From contig LSRY02000020.1 in NCBI GenBank assembly GCA_001643675.2, positions 1,240,001 to 1,304,000 on the forward strand: 64,000 nucleotides of DNA, given 5' to 3'. Origin of the DNA: Monocercomonoides exilis PA203. Taxonomy: Eukaryota; Protista; Preaxostyla. The notes below the pieces were generated by a model. That model was not told where the DNA came from. It was given only the letters and a program-made list of their open reading frames with translations, and ran no database searches. This document shows, in pieces, positions 45,101 through 57,466 of this stretch; positions within the stretch are counted from its first letter, which is position 1; the number at the start of each line of letters is the position of its first letter. The position numbers and the translations under genes were made by a program.

Positions 45101-45626
45101 TCAATATAACCGCAAAAAAGTGTCTCTTTGGAAATGAAATTCGTTTCTTGAACTTCAACAAATCAACATTTCACTGCATGTCTGAACAAAAACCTTTGTC
45201 ATTCATGAGATGAAATGCTTGATATTGGAATGTTCTTTCTTTTTTGAATTGATTTTCACTCTTTTCATGGATATTTGGACATGCTTCAAAAAACACTCAT
45301 TTTTGAATATCTCCTTTTGCTTTCTCATTGCTTTGATACCTTCTGTCCAAATGAAAGAATCATTTCACTTTTTGTATTTTTAATTTCTCAGATTCATCAA
45401 ATAAGTCGATTTTCTTTTTCATTGTAATATCCACATGCAAAAGTTGATTGATTCAGATGAAATAATATTTTTTTCCATTCATTTCCATTTCACAGTATTA
45501 ACTGATATCGTAAAATTGATTTTTTTTTTCAAAAAATCATTCAAGAAATCAGAAGAAATGAAAGAAGCAAGATGAGCGATCGAGAATCAATAATAATTTG
45601 CAATCTTTTTCAAACTATTATTTTGA

Positions 45627-46305
45627 GTGTTGGATATGGTTGATGATAAAGAAGAGTCAAGGAATACATTATCATCCATCTCATCAACTTCAACAGCAAA
45701 AACAGCATCAATATTTGTTCTAACAAAAAATCTGTGCCCAATCACTTCATCTATGTCGAATCTTTTGGATGCAATTACCTGTTCTTCTCCACATGAGAAG
45801 CTGATTGTGGATCTGAGGGATTCACTGTTCATGTTGCTGCATGGAAGGAACGAGAAGAAGGAGATGGCAATTGGCTCATTGAAGGAGAGAGAACAAACAG
45901 CTGCCCAAATCCTGTTCTGGGTGGCAAATCTGGCACTCCACTCCTTTGACGAGATGGAAAATGGATTGTCTTCACTGGCCAATCTCAGTCCCCACATTGT
46001 GCTGTTCTCAGAGCACATGGTGATCTGCATTGCCCTCCACTCCGACTGTTCATCTTCAGACGATTCCGACTCATCCTCCATCTCTTCGTCAACTGTTGTG
46101 ACATCTGCCAGCGATGACGACGATGATGATGACAGAGACTCTCTTCCTTCATCAGCATTTGAGATGAAGATTATCACAATAAAGAGTGCCTGAGGTGGAA
46201 GGCGCCCGAGTTGCTGATCAACAAGAAGACGAAGGGTAACAAAAGAGTCAGTTGCCTTTTCGGTTGTTATTATGTGCATGGTCTTAAACTCCAGATTTCA
46301 TTAAA
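45627..46305 (+). pseudogene. Fragment of degenerate kinase-like cytoplasmic tail of an expanded membrane-protein family
   Basis: AAQILFWVANLALH...LANLSPHIVLFSEHMVICIA, then after a frameshift ECLRWKAPELLINKK (kinase subdomain VIII-like). Confidence 0.65.
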
Positions 46306-47639
46306 AAAGAAGGTAAATGATTGAAATAAATAAGATTAATTTGAAAAGATCGATTTTACAAAAAGCGATTAAGTTATCTTCTCTTTGGAGCGTCGTTGAT
46401 AAAGGGCTCGACAGTTCTTCTCAAATCGTTTGCCGTATGTTTATGTTTGTATGGAGTTCTTTCAACTATTCGTATCATGCATTTTATTGATTTTATTCTC
46501 ATTTGTTACAGATCGTAAAACATCTGTTGATCGCTCAGCCATAAAACGGATTCAGCAAGCTTATTTTCAGTGAAAGTGAAATTGTGTTTGTAAAGAAAGA
46601 GGAGAAGTTGCAAAAGCATGTTAGCAGATTGATGAACAGAATGAAGAAATTGACTTCAAAATTAATTTTTCTGTTAAATTACTTTCTGCACTTTGAGCAT
46701 TTTAATAGAATCATCAATCCATGTTTTGTGAGTTGCCTTTTCCACATCTTAATGTTCAAAATTCGAAATCTTCCTCAATTCATTGTCAGCTTCCACAGTA
46801 ACCTTTTACATCATTCCTCATTTGTCAGACGAAGTCAGTCCCAGAGGATGATAAAACAGCAGAAGAACGAATATCCAACATGTCAGACCACAATCAGGTA
46901 TGTATTCTTTGAACATGGGAAGATCATTCCATGAATGAAACAGTATCAATGGCTGAAAGGTGGCTGAAGTTCAGAGACTTGAGACGTTAAATTTGAAGAT
47001 GATGACAGTGGCTTAGCTGTTGAAGTACCACAACTGATATGACTACCGAAGCTCTTCGATTTCACCAAACTGGTTGGAGAATGAATGAAGAAGCATGAGA
47101 TGAGAATGAAGAATAACTTGTATTTTCTTTTGTTCGAAACAAAGACTCCGAAGGAATCGAGTGAAAAGGAATAAGAAGCCTGATAAATCTACGCATTTGG
47201 CGAGAAAACAGAAGAAGAGATTGTCTCTATCAGCTCAAAAATCGAAGAATTTGGTTGTTTCTCTTTCGTGTTTAGTATTCCCATTGGATTCTCTGTTCTC
47301 CACTTTCCTTTAAAAGAACTTCTTGTAGCATTACCTTTGTATCCATTGGTATATTCAGCTTCTTTTTCCTTTTCTTCTTCTTCTTTCATCCCAACAAACA
47401 AAAAATGAAACAGAAACCTCCTTCACCTTCCATGCATTCATAGTCTAGATTGATGAAAATATTCAATCAAATAGCAGCATAATTTCAGCAAGGCAACATT
47501 TCTGGATCAGATCATATTTTAGTCTAACGCATAGCAATTAACATACTTATTAAATGGTTTGCTCATATTTTGATTGAAGTACATCCCTCCGCGTGTGTTG
47601 TGGATGTGCACCGCCACAACACAAATAAGGCGATTCTGT

Positions 47640-49620
47640 AGAAAGAACTTTCATTGAACCAATCGAATCACTCGTTTGTCCACGAGCTCACTCCAACCAA
47701 CGATACATTCAACCACTACGATGGCCTACTCAACACAGAGACTGGCATGCGCTTTCTGCAGAATCTGCTGCACCTTCCTTTCTGCTTGTATGCTGCTCCG
47801 CTGGGAAGTAAGTGGTGCTGGAGATCTCGAGCCAGATGCAGATCCTAACTGACGCATATGTTGTGTTTGAGAGCGGGCGAGGAGAAGAAGCTACGGAAAT
47901 ACGCTTTTTGGAACAGGTTCCCCTCGGAGAGGTGGATACTCCGATGCAGTCATTCGTGCTGCGGAACGAAGGCGGGACGAATATCGACCACATACTCGAC
48001 CTGACTGATGTGGAGCTAGTAAATGAATCGGCGCCTGATTTCCCTCTGTTTAAGTGCCCTGTCACGAGAGGGATTGTACCTGCGTATGGAAAGCAGACGA
48101 TATACTGGCGCTTCCGTCCACTGATGCAGAGAGGTTATTTGGTGAGGATTTAGATCAAGTTGGTAAGCAGATACTGCTCAATGAGTGAGATGCGTGAGTG
48201 TGCTGGAGGAGTATCAGAGGGAAGAGGAAGTGATGGAACTAAGACATCACGCACATAAAAATTGTGCCGCAAGCGCTGCTGGACGGTGAAGGCTTTATCG
48301 CAAAGGAAGGTGCAGAGCCACTTGTGGACGAGAAAAAGACAACAATTCCAGCTCCTCTTTTTCCACTGCCTGGGCAGCTGTGCTTGTTGTCAACTGAGCG
48401 AATTGGCTTTGGGAGTGTGGCATGTGGGAGCATCGAGCGAAGGCTGGTGTGTCTGGTGTGTCCGCGCACAAAACCGCATCTGGCGCTGCGGAATAGGGCG
48501 AATGAGAGAAGAGAGAAGAGAGGTATCCTGCATGACTGGAAAGAGAGCCATCCGCTGATCATGTCGCAGGTTGTGACAATTCGGCCGATCAAAGGAAAAA
48601 TTGCAGAAGGATAGAAATGTGTGTGTTGTGGAGCTGCATGCACCGATAGCTGTACAAGTTGTGGACACTTCACTTCAATTCCACATCAGAGATGCAATTT
48701 TCACTTCCTCCATCTCAAATTCTCCAATTAAAAATCAGAATTCTTCATCGTCTTCTTCAATTAATGCTGTTGGAGCAAGTTCAGAAGTTAATCAGATCTT
48801 TTCGTATTATCGTTTCCCTTCAGCTCGTAGCTCATCTTCTATGAATGCTTCTTCTTCTTCTTCATCTTCTGTTGTTGCTTCCAACATAAGCTCAGGCAAT
48901 ATTTATGATCACTCCATCATCGCCTCACTCTCCACGCAGCACTCTCAACTGGGAAAAATCAAAGGGCTTCCTTCTTCTTCGTATCCTGTGACTTCTCAAT
49001 CTTCTTCTTCCTCCTCACTGGCAATTGCCCCTCATCAACCAAGCTTCCGCAAACAGCCACCGAGAGTGTGTGTCATTGAGCGCATGACGAAGAAGCGGGG
49101 CATTCAAATAGCCACCAGATTTGAGCAATTCCACCATTTCCTGGAAAAAGCGAGAGACGAAGAGAAGTCGTTTCTGTTGGTGCTGGCGAGGCGGTCTGTT
49201 GATCTCCTTTCGGCAACTGCTGCATTGACGCTGCAATTGCGAAAAACGGTCAGCAGCATTCTGCTTAATGAGGTCACGAAGCAGGCGCAGAAGATAGCAG
49301 CACAGGCAAAAGAGGAGCAAAAGATCAGGATTTTGCAGAAGGAGAAGAAGAGAGAGGCATTTGGGATGTACAACCTCACTCCAACTACGTCCGCCATGAA
49401 ATGAACAAGAAAGAACAAAGGGAACTTGGGTCCGCTGAGAGAGTCGCGAAGCAGCAGTGCTAAAGGAAGAAGGATGACTGATGCAGAAGAAGCGAGCGGA
49501 GTGAATGAGTCACTTCCTCCTTTGTTGAATCCGTCTTTTGGCTGTTCTTTTAGTTCTGGCTCAGTCTCAGTTCCATCGTATTCTCAGAAGAGATTTGTGC
49601 ATCAGGAGTCTGTGCAAACA
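47640..49620 (+). pseudogene. Decayed CFAP65/CCDC108-like (Ig/ASH-domain ciliary protein) fragment
   Basis: VPLGEVDTPMQSFVLRNEG...FPLFKC..RGIVP....IYWRFRPL..RGYLV and PGQLCLLSTERIGFGSV...RRLVCL resemble CFAP65. Interrupted by TAG stops at 48153 and 48614. Confidence 0.5.
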
Positions 49621-51150
49621 TAGGAGATTCAAGGAATTCAAGGGCTTGCACCAACGGGAGCAATGACAAAGCAAGGCTATTCATTTCGTTTGTATCCTTT
49701 AGGGATGCAAGAGCCAAATGAAGGAGAAAAAGTACATGAAGGGCGGATGTCGTCGAAGAAGAAGAAGTTTAGTGAATCGGAAGAGCTGTAGGATTTGTAT
49801 GGAGGGATGAGTGGAAAGCTGGGTGAGTGAGAGGAAGACTGAGAATGGGATGATGGCTTCATAAAGCCAGACCAGAAGATATTTTTGAGAGTGTCGTTCA
49901 AAAGCAGCTCTGCCAACAGGTTTTTGGAGCTGCATGGGGATTCTTATCTTTTGCAAGTGTTTCTGTCTCAGCCACCGCTCAGTACTGACGGAAATAGAAA
50001 GATTCCTTTTGTTTATTCTCTCTTCTTCTTTTTCCTCCTCCTCCTCCTCCTCCTCCTCCTCTTCTTCTTCTTCTTCTTCTTCTTCTTCTTCTTCTTCTTC
50101 TTCTTCTTCTTCTTCTTCTTCTTCTTCTTCTTCTTTTGCTTCTTTTGCTTCTTCTTTTGCTTCTGCTTCTTCTTCTCCTTCAAAAATATGTTCTTCTTCA
50201 CCTATTTTTAAATCCTTGTCTAAGAATATCAATTCCATTTGTTTCTATCGCTCGAAATCAATGAGCTTTTGTTTCTAGTCGGTCTTTCAAATCGGAATAT
50301 GGATGCGTTTGTGTCTCCTGTGGAGCTGCCGGCAGACGTGGTGGGTTATCTGAAAAAGCTTCTTGTGGCCGGGGCAGCGCGGCAGTTGTCTCTTCGTCCA
50401 GCGCATTTGTTTTTGTCTTTCTCTCATGGAGCAGCACGCCGTTCAACTTCACCATTCCGGAGGCGGAGAAGCGAAGAGAAGAAGGCAGCAGGATATGATC
50501 GGCCATCATCTTCATCTTCGTCATCAGCACCTGCGATTGACCCTTCGGATGCGTCGGTGGTGGCAGCGTCATACACTTCGGTAGTAGATATGAACGACAT
50601 CGAGAGATGGCTGCGGATTGTGGTGCATGAGGCGGCTGAGGTGTATGTGCAGCACATGCAGCTGTCGCTGCAGCTGCTGCTGTCGCTGCGGGTGCTGCAG
50701 ACGCTGCGGGGATATGTTGTTGCACTTTCTGTGATGCTTTCGGTTCCGCTGGTGGGACCGCTTCCATCGCTTGCAGCGTCGGTGGGCACGAAGTCGGGGA
50801 GTGAGCGGATCTTTGCAGCGGCAGATGTGAATGTGTTCCCGTCGATCTCGATCTGTTTAGCCCTTCAATGCAGATATGGCGATTACAACAGTCGAGGCAT
50901 GTGGTGGTGAAGCTGGACTACGAAGTGATGGGGCGAGGGGTTGCAGCGTGTGAAGGATAGATGAGAGAATGGAGAAGAAGGCTGTATGTGGAGGGGCTGA
51001 GGATGAGGGATGGGATTCTGTCTCCAGCAGCCATTGCGCTGGCGGTGCTGGAGAAGTGAGAAGAATAAGAAGAAAAAGAAAATGAGGAGGAGAAAAAAGA
51101 AAAAGAGCAGATCCAGAATGCAGATACGCAACTTATGATTTCGTTGCATC
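49620..51150 (+). pseudogene. Decayed hypothetical gene fragment
   Basis: GC-rich coding-like ORFs 49934-50278 and 50239-50910 with frame breaks. Confidence 0.4.
50021..50180. repeat. (CCT)n(TCT)n microsatellite
   Basis: Direct read. Confidence 0.9.
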
Positions 51151-53460
51151 GTTCAAGCTTTGAAAAAGTTGACAGAGATGTATGTGGAAGATGACAAGAC
51201 AGACTGCTTGTGAAAGTAATGAAAAATGCATTGATAAAACTGAATGCATTTCTGGAGAGAAGAAGAAGTCGAGTTGCACAGTTTTTGATTGCGAAAAGGG
51301 GGAAGACATACGATATTCACATTTTTGTTGAGGAGAATGAACAATTTTTGATGAGTAAAGGTGATTTTTAAGAGATTTCATCAGCGTAGCTGTTGGCATT
51401 CCAGTTGATGTTGTATCTTCTTCGGTGAGGCATCGAGATTGCCTCACGAAACTATCTCCTCTAACCGCATCAGTACTGCCAATTTGCTAACAAGCGCTCT
51501 GCTTTCTTGTGCCTCATCTTTTGTGTAATTGTTGTGAACTGCAAAGCTTCTGGCTTCTTTCGAGTGCAGCACGCCAATCAGTTTTCACAAATGCAGCCAG
51601 CACACTCATCAAGAGATAATCCCCTCTGTTGTCATCCGCTTTGCCTGGAATTGCAAAAATATTCTCCTCTTTCTCTTCCCTGTTCCAACTTGCAGCTTTG
51701 TGATTGTTCTTTCTGTCTCATCAAAGACTCTCTAAAATAGCTTAAATTACATTTCGTTTGAAGAAGAGAACAATAACAATGAATCTGTAGAGATCGTCTT
51801 AATCCTGTTCAAAATATCCTTCTTCAATTCTCCATCAAAAAAACATTTTAAAATTCAATGGAGAAAATGTTGTTTCTGTTGAGCTAGCTCGTCCAGCGGA
51901 TACGCTCTGTCTGTTTGAAATAGTCTCTCTTGCTCCAGTTGCTTCAAATAGCTTCAAGGTATGACCATTCAGGTGGATTGAGTCATGTTAAATAGCAATG
52001 CCTCAAATAGATTGAACACCATCGATACGGATGAAAGTGATAAATAAGATGCTTCTTATTCTGTTTGGATAGTCTGTCCAAATAAATTTTGACTAAAAAT
52101 CGAAACTGTATTTTTGCTGAAATCAAAACTTGTTGTCTCCTTTATCTTTCCTGCTGGAATCTTAATATCAGTCACTGAATCAACAATCTGTTGAGTGAGG
52201 CAGTGACTGATCACGTTGAATGGATGGCATTCAACTTGTTTACTCGTAAACGTGACTTTTGTATTTAATTGCGTTTCAGAAGAAGAAACAAATCTGAATC
52301 TTCCACTGAAGCTTCAAAGATATTCGCTTTTATCTGCAATTAAAAACTGTATCTGGACTAACTCTATTTTCTGTTTGCCTTGTGGAAAAACAGTTTTGAT
52401 CAATGCCATTTTGAAAAGAATTGCATCGTTGAATATTATATTCTCCTTAAAGGCATGTATTATTATCAAAAAATCAGAAAAATTACAATGTTCCGTTGAT
52501 ACAGCAAGAAATTTATATATAAACTGTTTCGCTTCCGAAAACCAAATTGCAGTAACAAAATAGACAAATGGATATAATAACTTGATCTGTGTAATTCCTA
52601 TGCTTAATGGCATTTCCTGTACAATAAGACGATCGATTTCAACGGCAGTTCTTTAAAAAATGAATTGATAAAGCACCGATTTCGCTTTTGAGTTATTGCA
52701 AAAGGGAGATCAACTGCTCCACCATCACTTCTAGAAGAACAGCTTGGAAAAGAATAGTCGCCAATCTGTTGCTTTTCCACTTTCCAGACAAGAGGAAATA
52801 GTCTAACGATAGCATATCCGGTCTGTAATGATTGAGTTTCTCAACTTGATCAGATTGTTGCAATCGGATGATAATAAGAGGCTGGACGAATAAATATTCA
52901 TTTTTTTGGATCAACCTCATGTCAGTGAAGGAGAATGACAAACTTTGCAAAAGAAACGGAGATGGCGATTTTTGTGAAGAAATAAAGGAATCCAGTGAAA
53001 TACTGTACCTTCCCGTCATTACCATAAATGATTATGACAAATGTTCATCCGCAAATATTTTCATTAGAATTTAATTAAGGCATAATCTCTAAAATGCAAT
53101 AATAATAACTGCAGATGTTCCTGGCTTCCATTTTTTCTCCAGAAAATATAATTTTCTCAAACAAAGAATTGTTGTTGATCTCAAAGGGAAACTGTGATTC
53201 ATTTTAACTGTCTTGATCAAAATTAACACAATTATTATTATTATAAATATTGAGGGATACCTTGTCTTCTCGATATGTAAATTTCACAAATATATTATAA
53301 ATTAAACGTCTTTTCCAGGTGCAAACATTACATTGAACAATAAATGCAATTTCAGGGAAAATCTTTTTTGTTTGCCTGATCACAAAGACAACATTTGGAA
53401 AATAACTTAAATCATTTACGATGAAATTTTTTTGTTTAATGAATTTTGTTCCATTCTTCA
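51150..53460 (-). pseudogene. Decayed hypothetical gene
   Basis: Colinear coding-like minus-strand ORFs (52693-53025, 52314-52613, 51133-51447) separated by stops; family not recognised. Confidence 0.35.
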
Positions 53461-53757
53461 TTTCTTAATTATTTTCATTTTTTGATTTTCCCAAATAATT
53501 TTCGCTTGAGAATGCTACACTTTTTATGATTTGATTGAAGAAAAAGTCAGGAATAAATCGTTGTTCTGGTATAAACGAAAGAATTTAATCACATTTTTGC
53601 TTTTTTGTTATTATTTTTTCAAAGAAAAGTTTTTAATGAGACTATTGTAATATATAAGATATATCAACTGTTTTTGCTGAACAACAAGCGCCGAGCGTAT
53701 TTTGATTCACAAACATTCTATTGTCATATAAAAATGAGAAGCGACTTTTCATAAATA

Positions 53758-54134
53758 CAGTTTGTGCAAAAAATACCGGACATCGCAAAAAATACCGGAC
53801 AAGATCGATTTCTCAATAACCGCAGGAGGAATAATTCTGACTATTTTCCTCAAAATATACACCATCAATACAAACTCAATTGATAAACGAGACTTTCAAA
53901 ATAGTTTCATTTGTGCTCAGAGAAAATATATATCAAAATTTCGGAGAAACTCAAAATCCAATTTCTCCGAAATTTTGATATATATTTTCTCTGAGCACAA
54001 ATGAAACTATTTTGAAAGTCTCGTTTATCAATTGAGTTTGTATTGATGGTGTATATTTTGAGGAAAATAGTCAGAATTATTCCTCCTGCGGTTATTGAGA
54101 AATCGATCTTGTCCGGTATTTTTTGCATAATCTG
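53758..54134. mobile_element. Foldback MITE, Tc1/mariner-like termini, 165-bp arms and 12-bp spacer
   Basis: TA|CAGTTTGTGCAAAAAATACCGGAC on the left and GTCCGGTATTTTTTGCATAATCTG on the right. Arms 53785-53949 / 53962-54126 are reverse complements. Confidence 0.88.
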
Positions 54135-55874
54135 TCCTTTAAACACTTTCTGACGTTCAACAAAAAATTGGTTTTGCCTCAAAAAATTTTCATTCAAAAA
54201 TTCTCAAAATAATAAAGTGAATAATAGCAAAAAATTAGTTTAATAATGGAGTAATCCCAAAAATTTTCTATTTCAAGATTTATTAAATAAATTTTAATTG
54301 TAAATTTGCATTCGCAGTAAACTCTCCTTGGTCTGAACGTTAAAAATTATTAATTTCATGATTCACAAATGCTAGTCAACAACACAAGTTGAAGCATCAT
54401 ATTTTTTGAACAGTTTTCAAGGGTATAAAAAACTGTTATTGAAAAAAATGATGTTAAAATTGTTATTAGACCTATTTTCGTTAGTTTGAATCATTTGGCA
54501 TTAGCTTTAGCCGAAGCCAAAAAGTTGAACAAAATTTCAATAAGTGCAGATCTTTTTCAAAAAGATTGAGTCGTTGCGAATTGATTATCTTCTGGGTTTA
54601 CGATCATTGTTTTTGACGTTTTTTTCTTTTCTAATTTTTCAAAAGTTTTGCAAAAAATTTATCATTCCAAGAATATTTGAATCATTGTTTTTTCATTTTA
54701 ACTGAAAAAGACGAAATATACAAAAATAAATATTCGTAAAATTTAATGCCAATCATTTATAACTGTTCAAACAATAAAAACACTGAAATGTTGGCTAGAT
54801 CTCATTCTTTTAAATAAATTTAATTGAATTGAAGTTTCACAATGGAATGATGACAACAGATTTAAAAAATAAAAATCAAGATAATAAAGCCAAAAAATAT
54901 TCATTTGAAAAATATAAATGTGCTTTATCGAGCAATATTATGCTTTTCCATATGTATTTTGCTTTTATTGAGCAGAAGTAACAAACAAAAACTGCTTGTC
55001 ATAAAAAAAACAAATCAAAAACAATAAATCAATTGTATGAACATTTTTCTTAAGAAAGCGAATGAAAATATACACAGAATATGAGTTGATTTAACATTCA
55101 TAGTTGCAAAATAAAGTACAATATTCGCTTGGCATTGTTAAAAGCGATTAAAACATAAAAACCAATTCCAAAAAATCGGGGCCTATTAACATTGATAGAT
55201 TAAAAACATACAGAGAATATATAGAAAATGAAATAATAAACAGTATATTTAAAAATAGATAAAAACATACAATTTGTTCACTGGAGCCAGAGCAAACTTG
55301 TAAATTTTTTGATCAAAATTGGCATATAACCTTTTATTAATTGATCAAATAATAGATTGACTTATTTTCAAAATGATTGAGTCATTTGCGAAAAGTTGAA
55401 TTAAATTCAAAATGATCACTTCTTTTCGAAATGACTTAATATTTCTCGAATAGGTCTATTGTATTCAATTTTTGTTTTTGAAGAAATATTTTTACCAATA
55501 AATGTGTACTCATTAAATAAGAAAAATTTTTTCTTCAAAAAACTCGGATATCTTGAAGTATATTTTATTAAAAAAGAACTCCAACCTTTCTATTTAAATA
55601 TCTTTACTGTCTATTATTGGCAAATCACAGAAATCTTAACATTTTGCATATAAGTTAAGAATACAACATAATGATTGTGTATACTAAGAAATCAGTTCAA
55701 GAATTAAGTTTGAATAAAAAATTTACATATTTTGTGTATGCTTCCTTTCTCCATTTGATTCCTAAATATGATTTTAAAAAGAAATATTTGCTCTTCTTTC
55801 AAAGAATGTAATATTATTCTTTAAAATAAGAAATGATTTTAGAAAATGGAAAATGATGAAAGAAATTTGCAACA

Positions 55875-56295
55875 TTCTAAAATATAAAACAAATAAATAA
55901 ATTACAATCAATAATTGAAAAATTGAAACAATCTTAAAAAACAAACAGAAATCAAAGAGTCCACCAAGATCTTGTTCTTCTTCTTCTTCAACTTTCTTCT
56001 TTTCTTCCTCCTTCTTCTTTTTGTCATCTCCTTTCTTTTTGTCATCCTTGTGAGATGGTTCTGAGGATGCAGCTGCAGCAACTGGAGCTGGAGCAGCAAC
56101 AGCTCCGCCTGAGAACAAAAGGTCCTCAATGTTCTTGTTTGCAAGCATCTTTGCAAACAACACTGGAAGATATGCTGGAACTTTAACATTGGCAGCTGTC
56201 AAAATTGCCTGGATAGCATCCTTTGTGATTGCAATTTTGTCGTCGTGGAGGATAAGAGCTGCATAAACGCATGCAAGTTCTTCTTTTGTTGCCAT
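55875..56295 (-). CDS. RPLP1: 60S acidic ribosomal protein P1
   Basis: [17 protein letters not shown]...I..IL.AANV.V...P.LFAK.L, Ala hinge, [14 protein letters not shown]. 116 aa if intron 55877-55946 splits the TAA. Confidence 0.93.
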
Positions 56296-57466
56296 TAAAG
56301 TTCAATTTTTAAAAAGGATAAAACTGAGTGTCGGAATACATAATTATTACAATAAAGGCCGCTTAATGATCAAAGATACAAAATACTTGATGTCTTCACA
56401 CAGCATATATTTAATAAAAATATACTCGATAATTACATATGCATTTCCCCACTTTTAATTATAATTTGAAAGAAAAATTCCAAAAAATAAGAAAAAGTTA
56501 TTTCCTATCAAAAGGCTGAACAGTTGAAAGTGGAGGGAAAAAATTGAAACGATAGTGAAGATAAAATTCAAAGATAAATATTTCGACCATCAACACGTAG
56601 TTTTATTTAAACAATCATAAATAATTCAATAGCGAAAGTTTTGATAATCAAAGATGACGCTGACAGATTGAGATGGATGTATATTTATCCGATAAAGAAT
56701 ATCTGAACAAATTTATATGATGCATTTATCATACTGATGAACGCCACTATTTAGATTTAATACTTGGATAAACGTTGATGAACAAATGTCAATGTGAATG
56801 AGAATTATAATATAAAAAATTTTTTTGAAGTGATCGCAATTGATTTATCTTTTTCAACTTTGATTGTGATAAGAGGATTGCTAAGAAGCTGAACAAGAAG
56901 AAAGATATTCAATTGATTCGTTTATTGATTTTGAAATATGCAAATATTTCAACTCAATACTGATTGCGAAAAACTATTTTTTAAACTGTGTTACTCTTAT
57001 GACGGATAAAATGATTACAGGATTTGAATGATACAATTTATGCCTGCAATTGTTGAGAAATAATTTAGTGAAGATGAAGAAAAATATATTCTTACAAAAA
57101 AAAAATATTGGATCTTTGCAAAAAATAACAAAATGGAATGTTTCAATGATAACGAAAATAGAATTGGAAAGATGGAAAAACGCAGAAGCAAAATCATCTT
57201 TGTACACATCGGAGATTTAACAACATTACAAATCATAAATCTGATTTGAATTTTGATTTTATTAAATAGTTTAATATTATCGTTTGCTCTCATATAAAAT
57301 AAATAAATATAAACCTTTCATTGCAAACAAAAATGATTAAATAACTTTTTAATACTTTAAATTCAATTCAAAAGAAATAAAATAATCAATTTTTAAAAAA
57401 TTGATCTAATACATTATACATATTTAATTATTGATAGATATTTGGAAATTGTTTTTCTTTTGGAAT

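Noticed and set aside
49699-50238. Poly-Glu, poly-Lys and poly-Phe proteins
   Set aside because: They are alternative frames of a (TCT)n microsatellite.
53762-54197. Two near-identical small ORFs on opposite strands
   Set aside because: They are an artefact of the palindrome, with no coding features.
55378-55438. Small imperfect inverted repeat
   Set aside because: It is short and AT-rich with no second copy in the window, so an element call is not supported.
55774-56295. 173-aa RPLP1 with hydrophobic extension
   Set aside because: The extension is read-through of an intron and 3' UTR; splicing gives TAA right after the conserved C-terminus.
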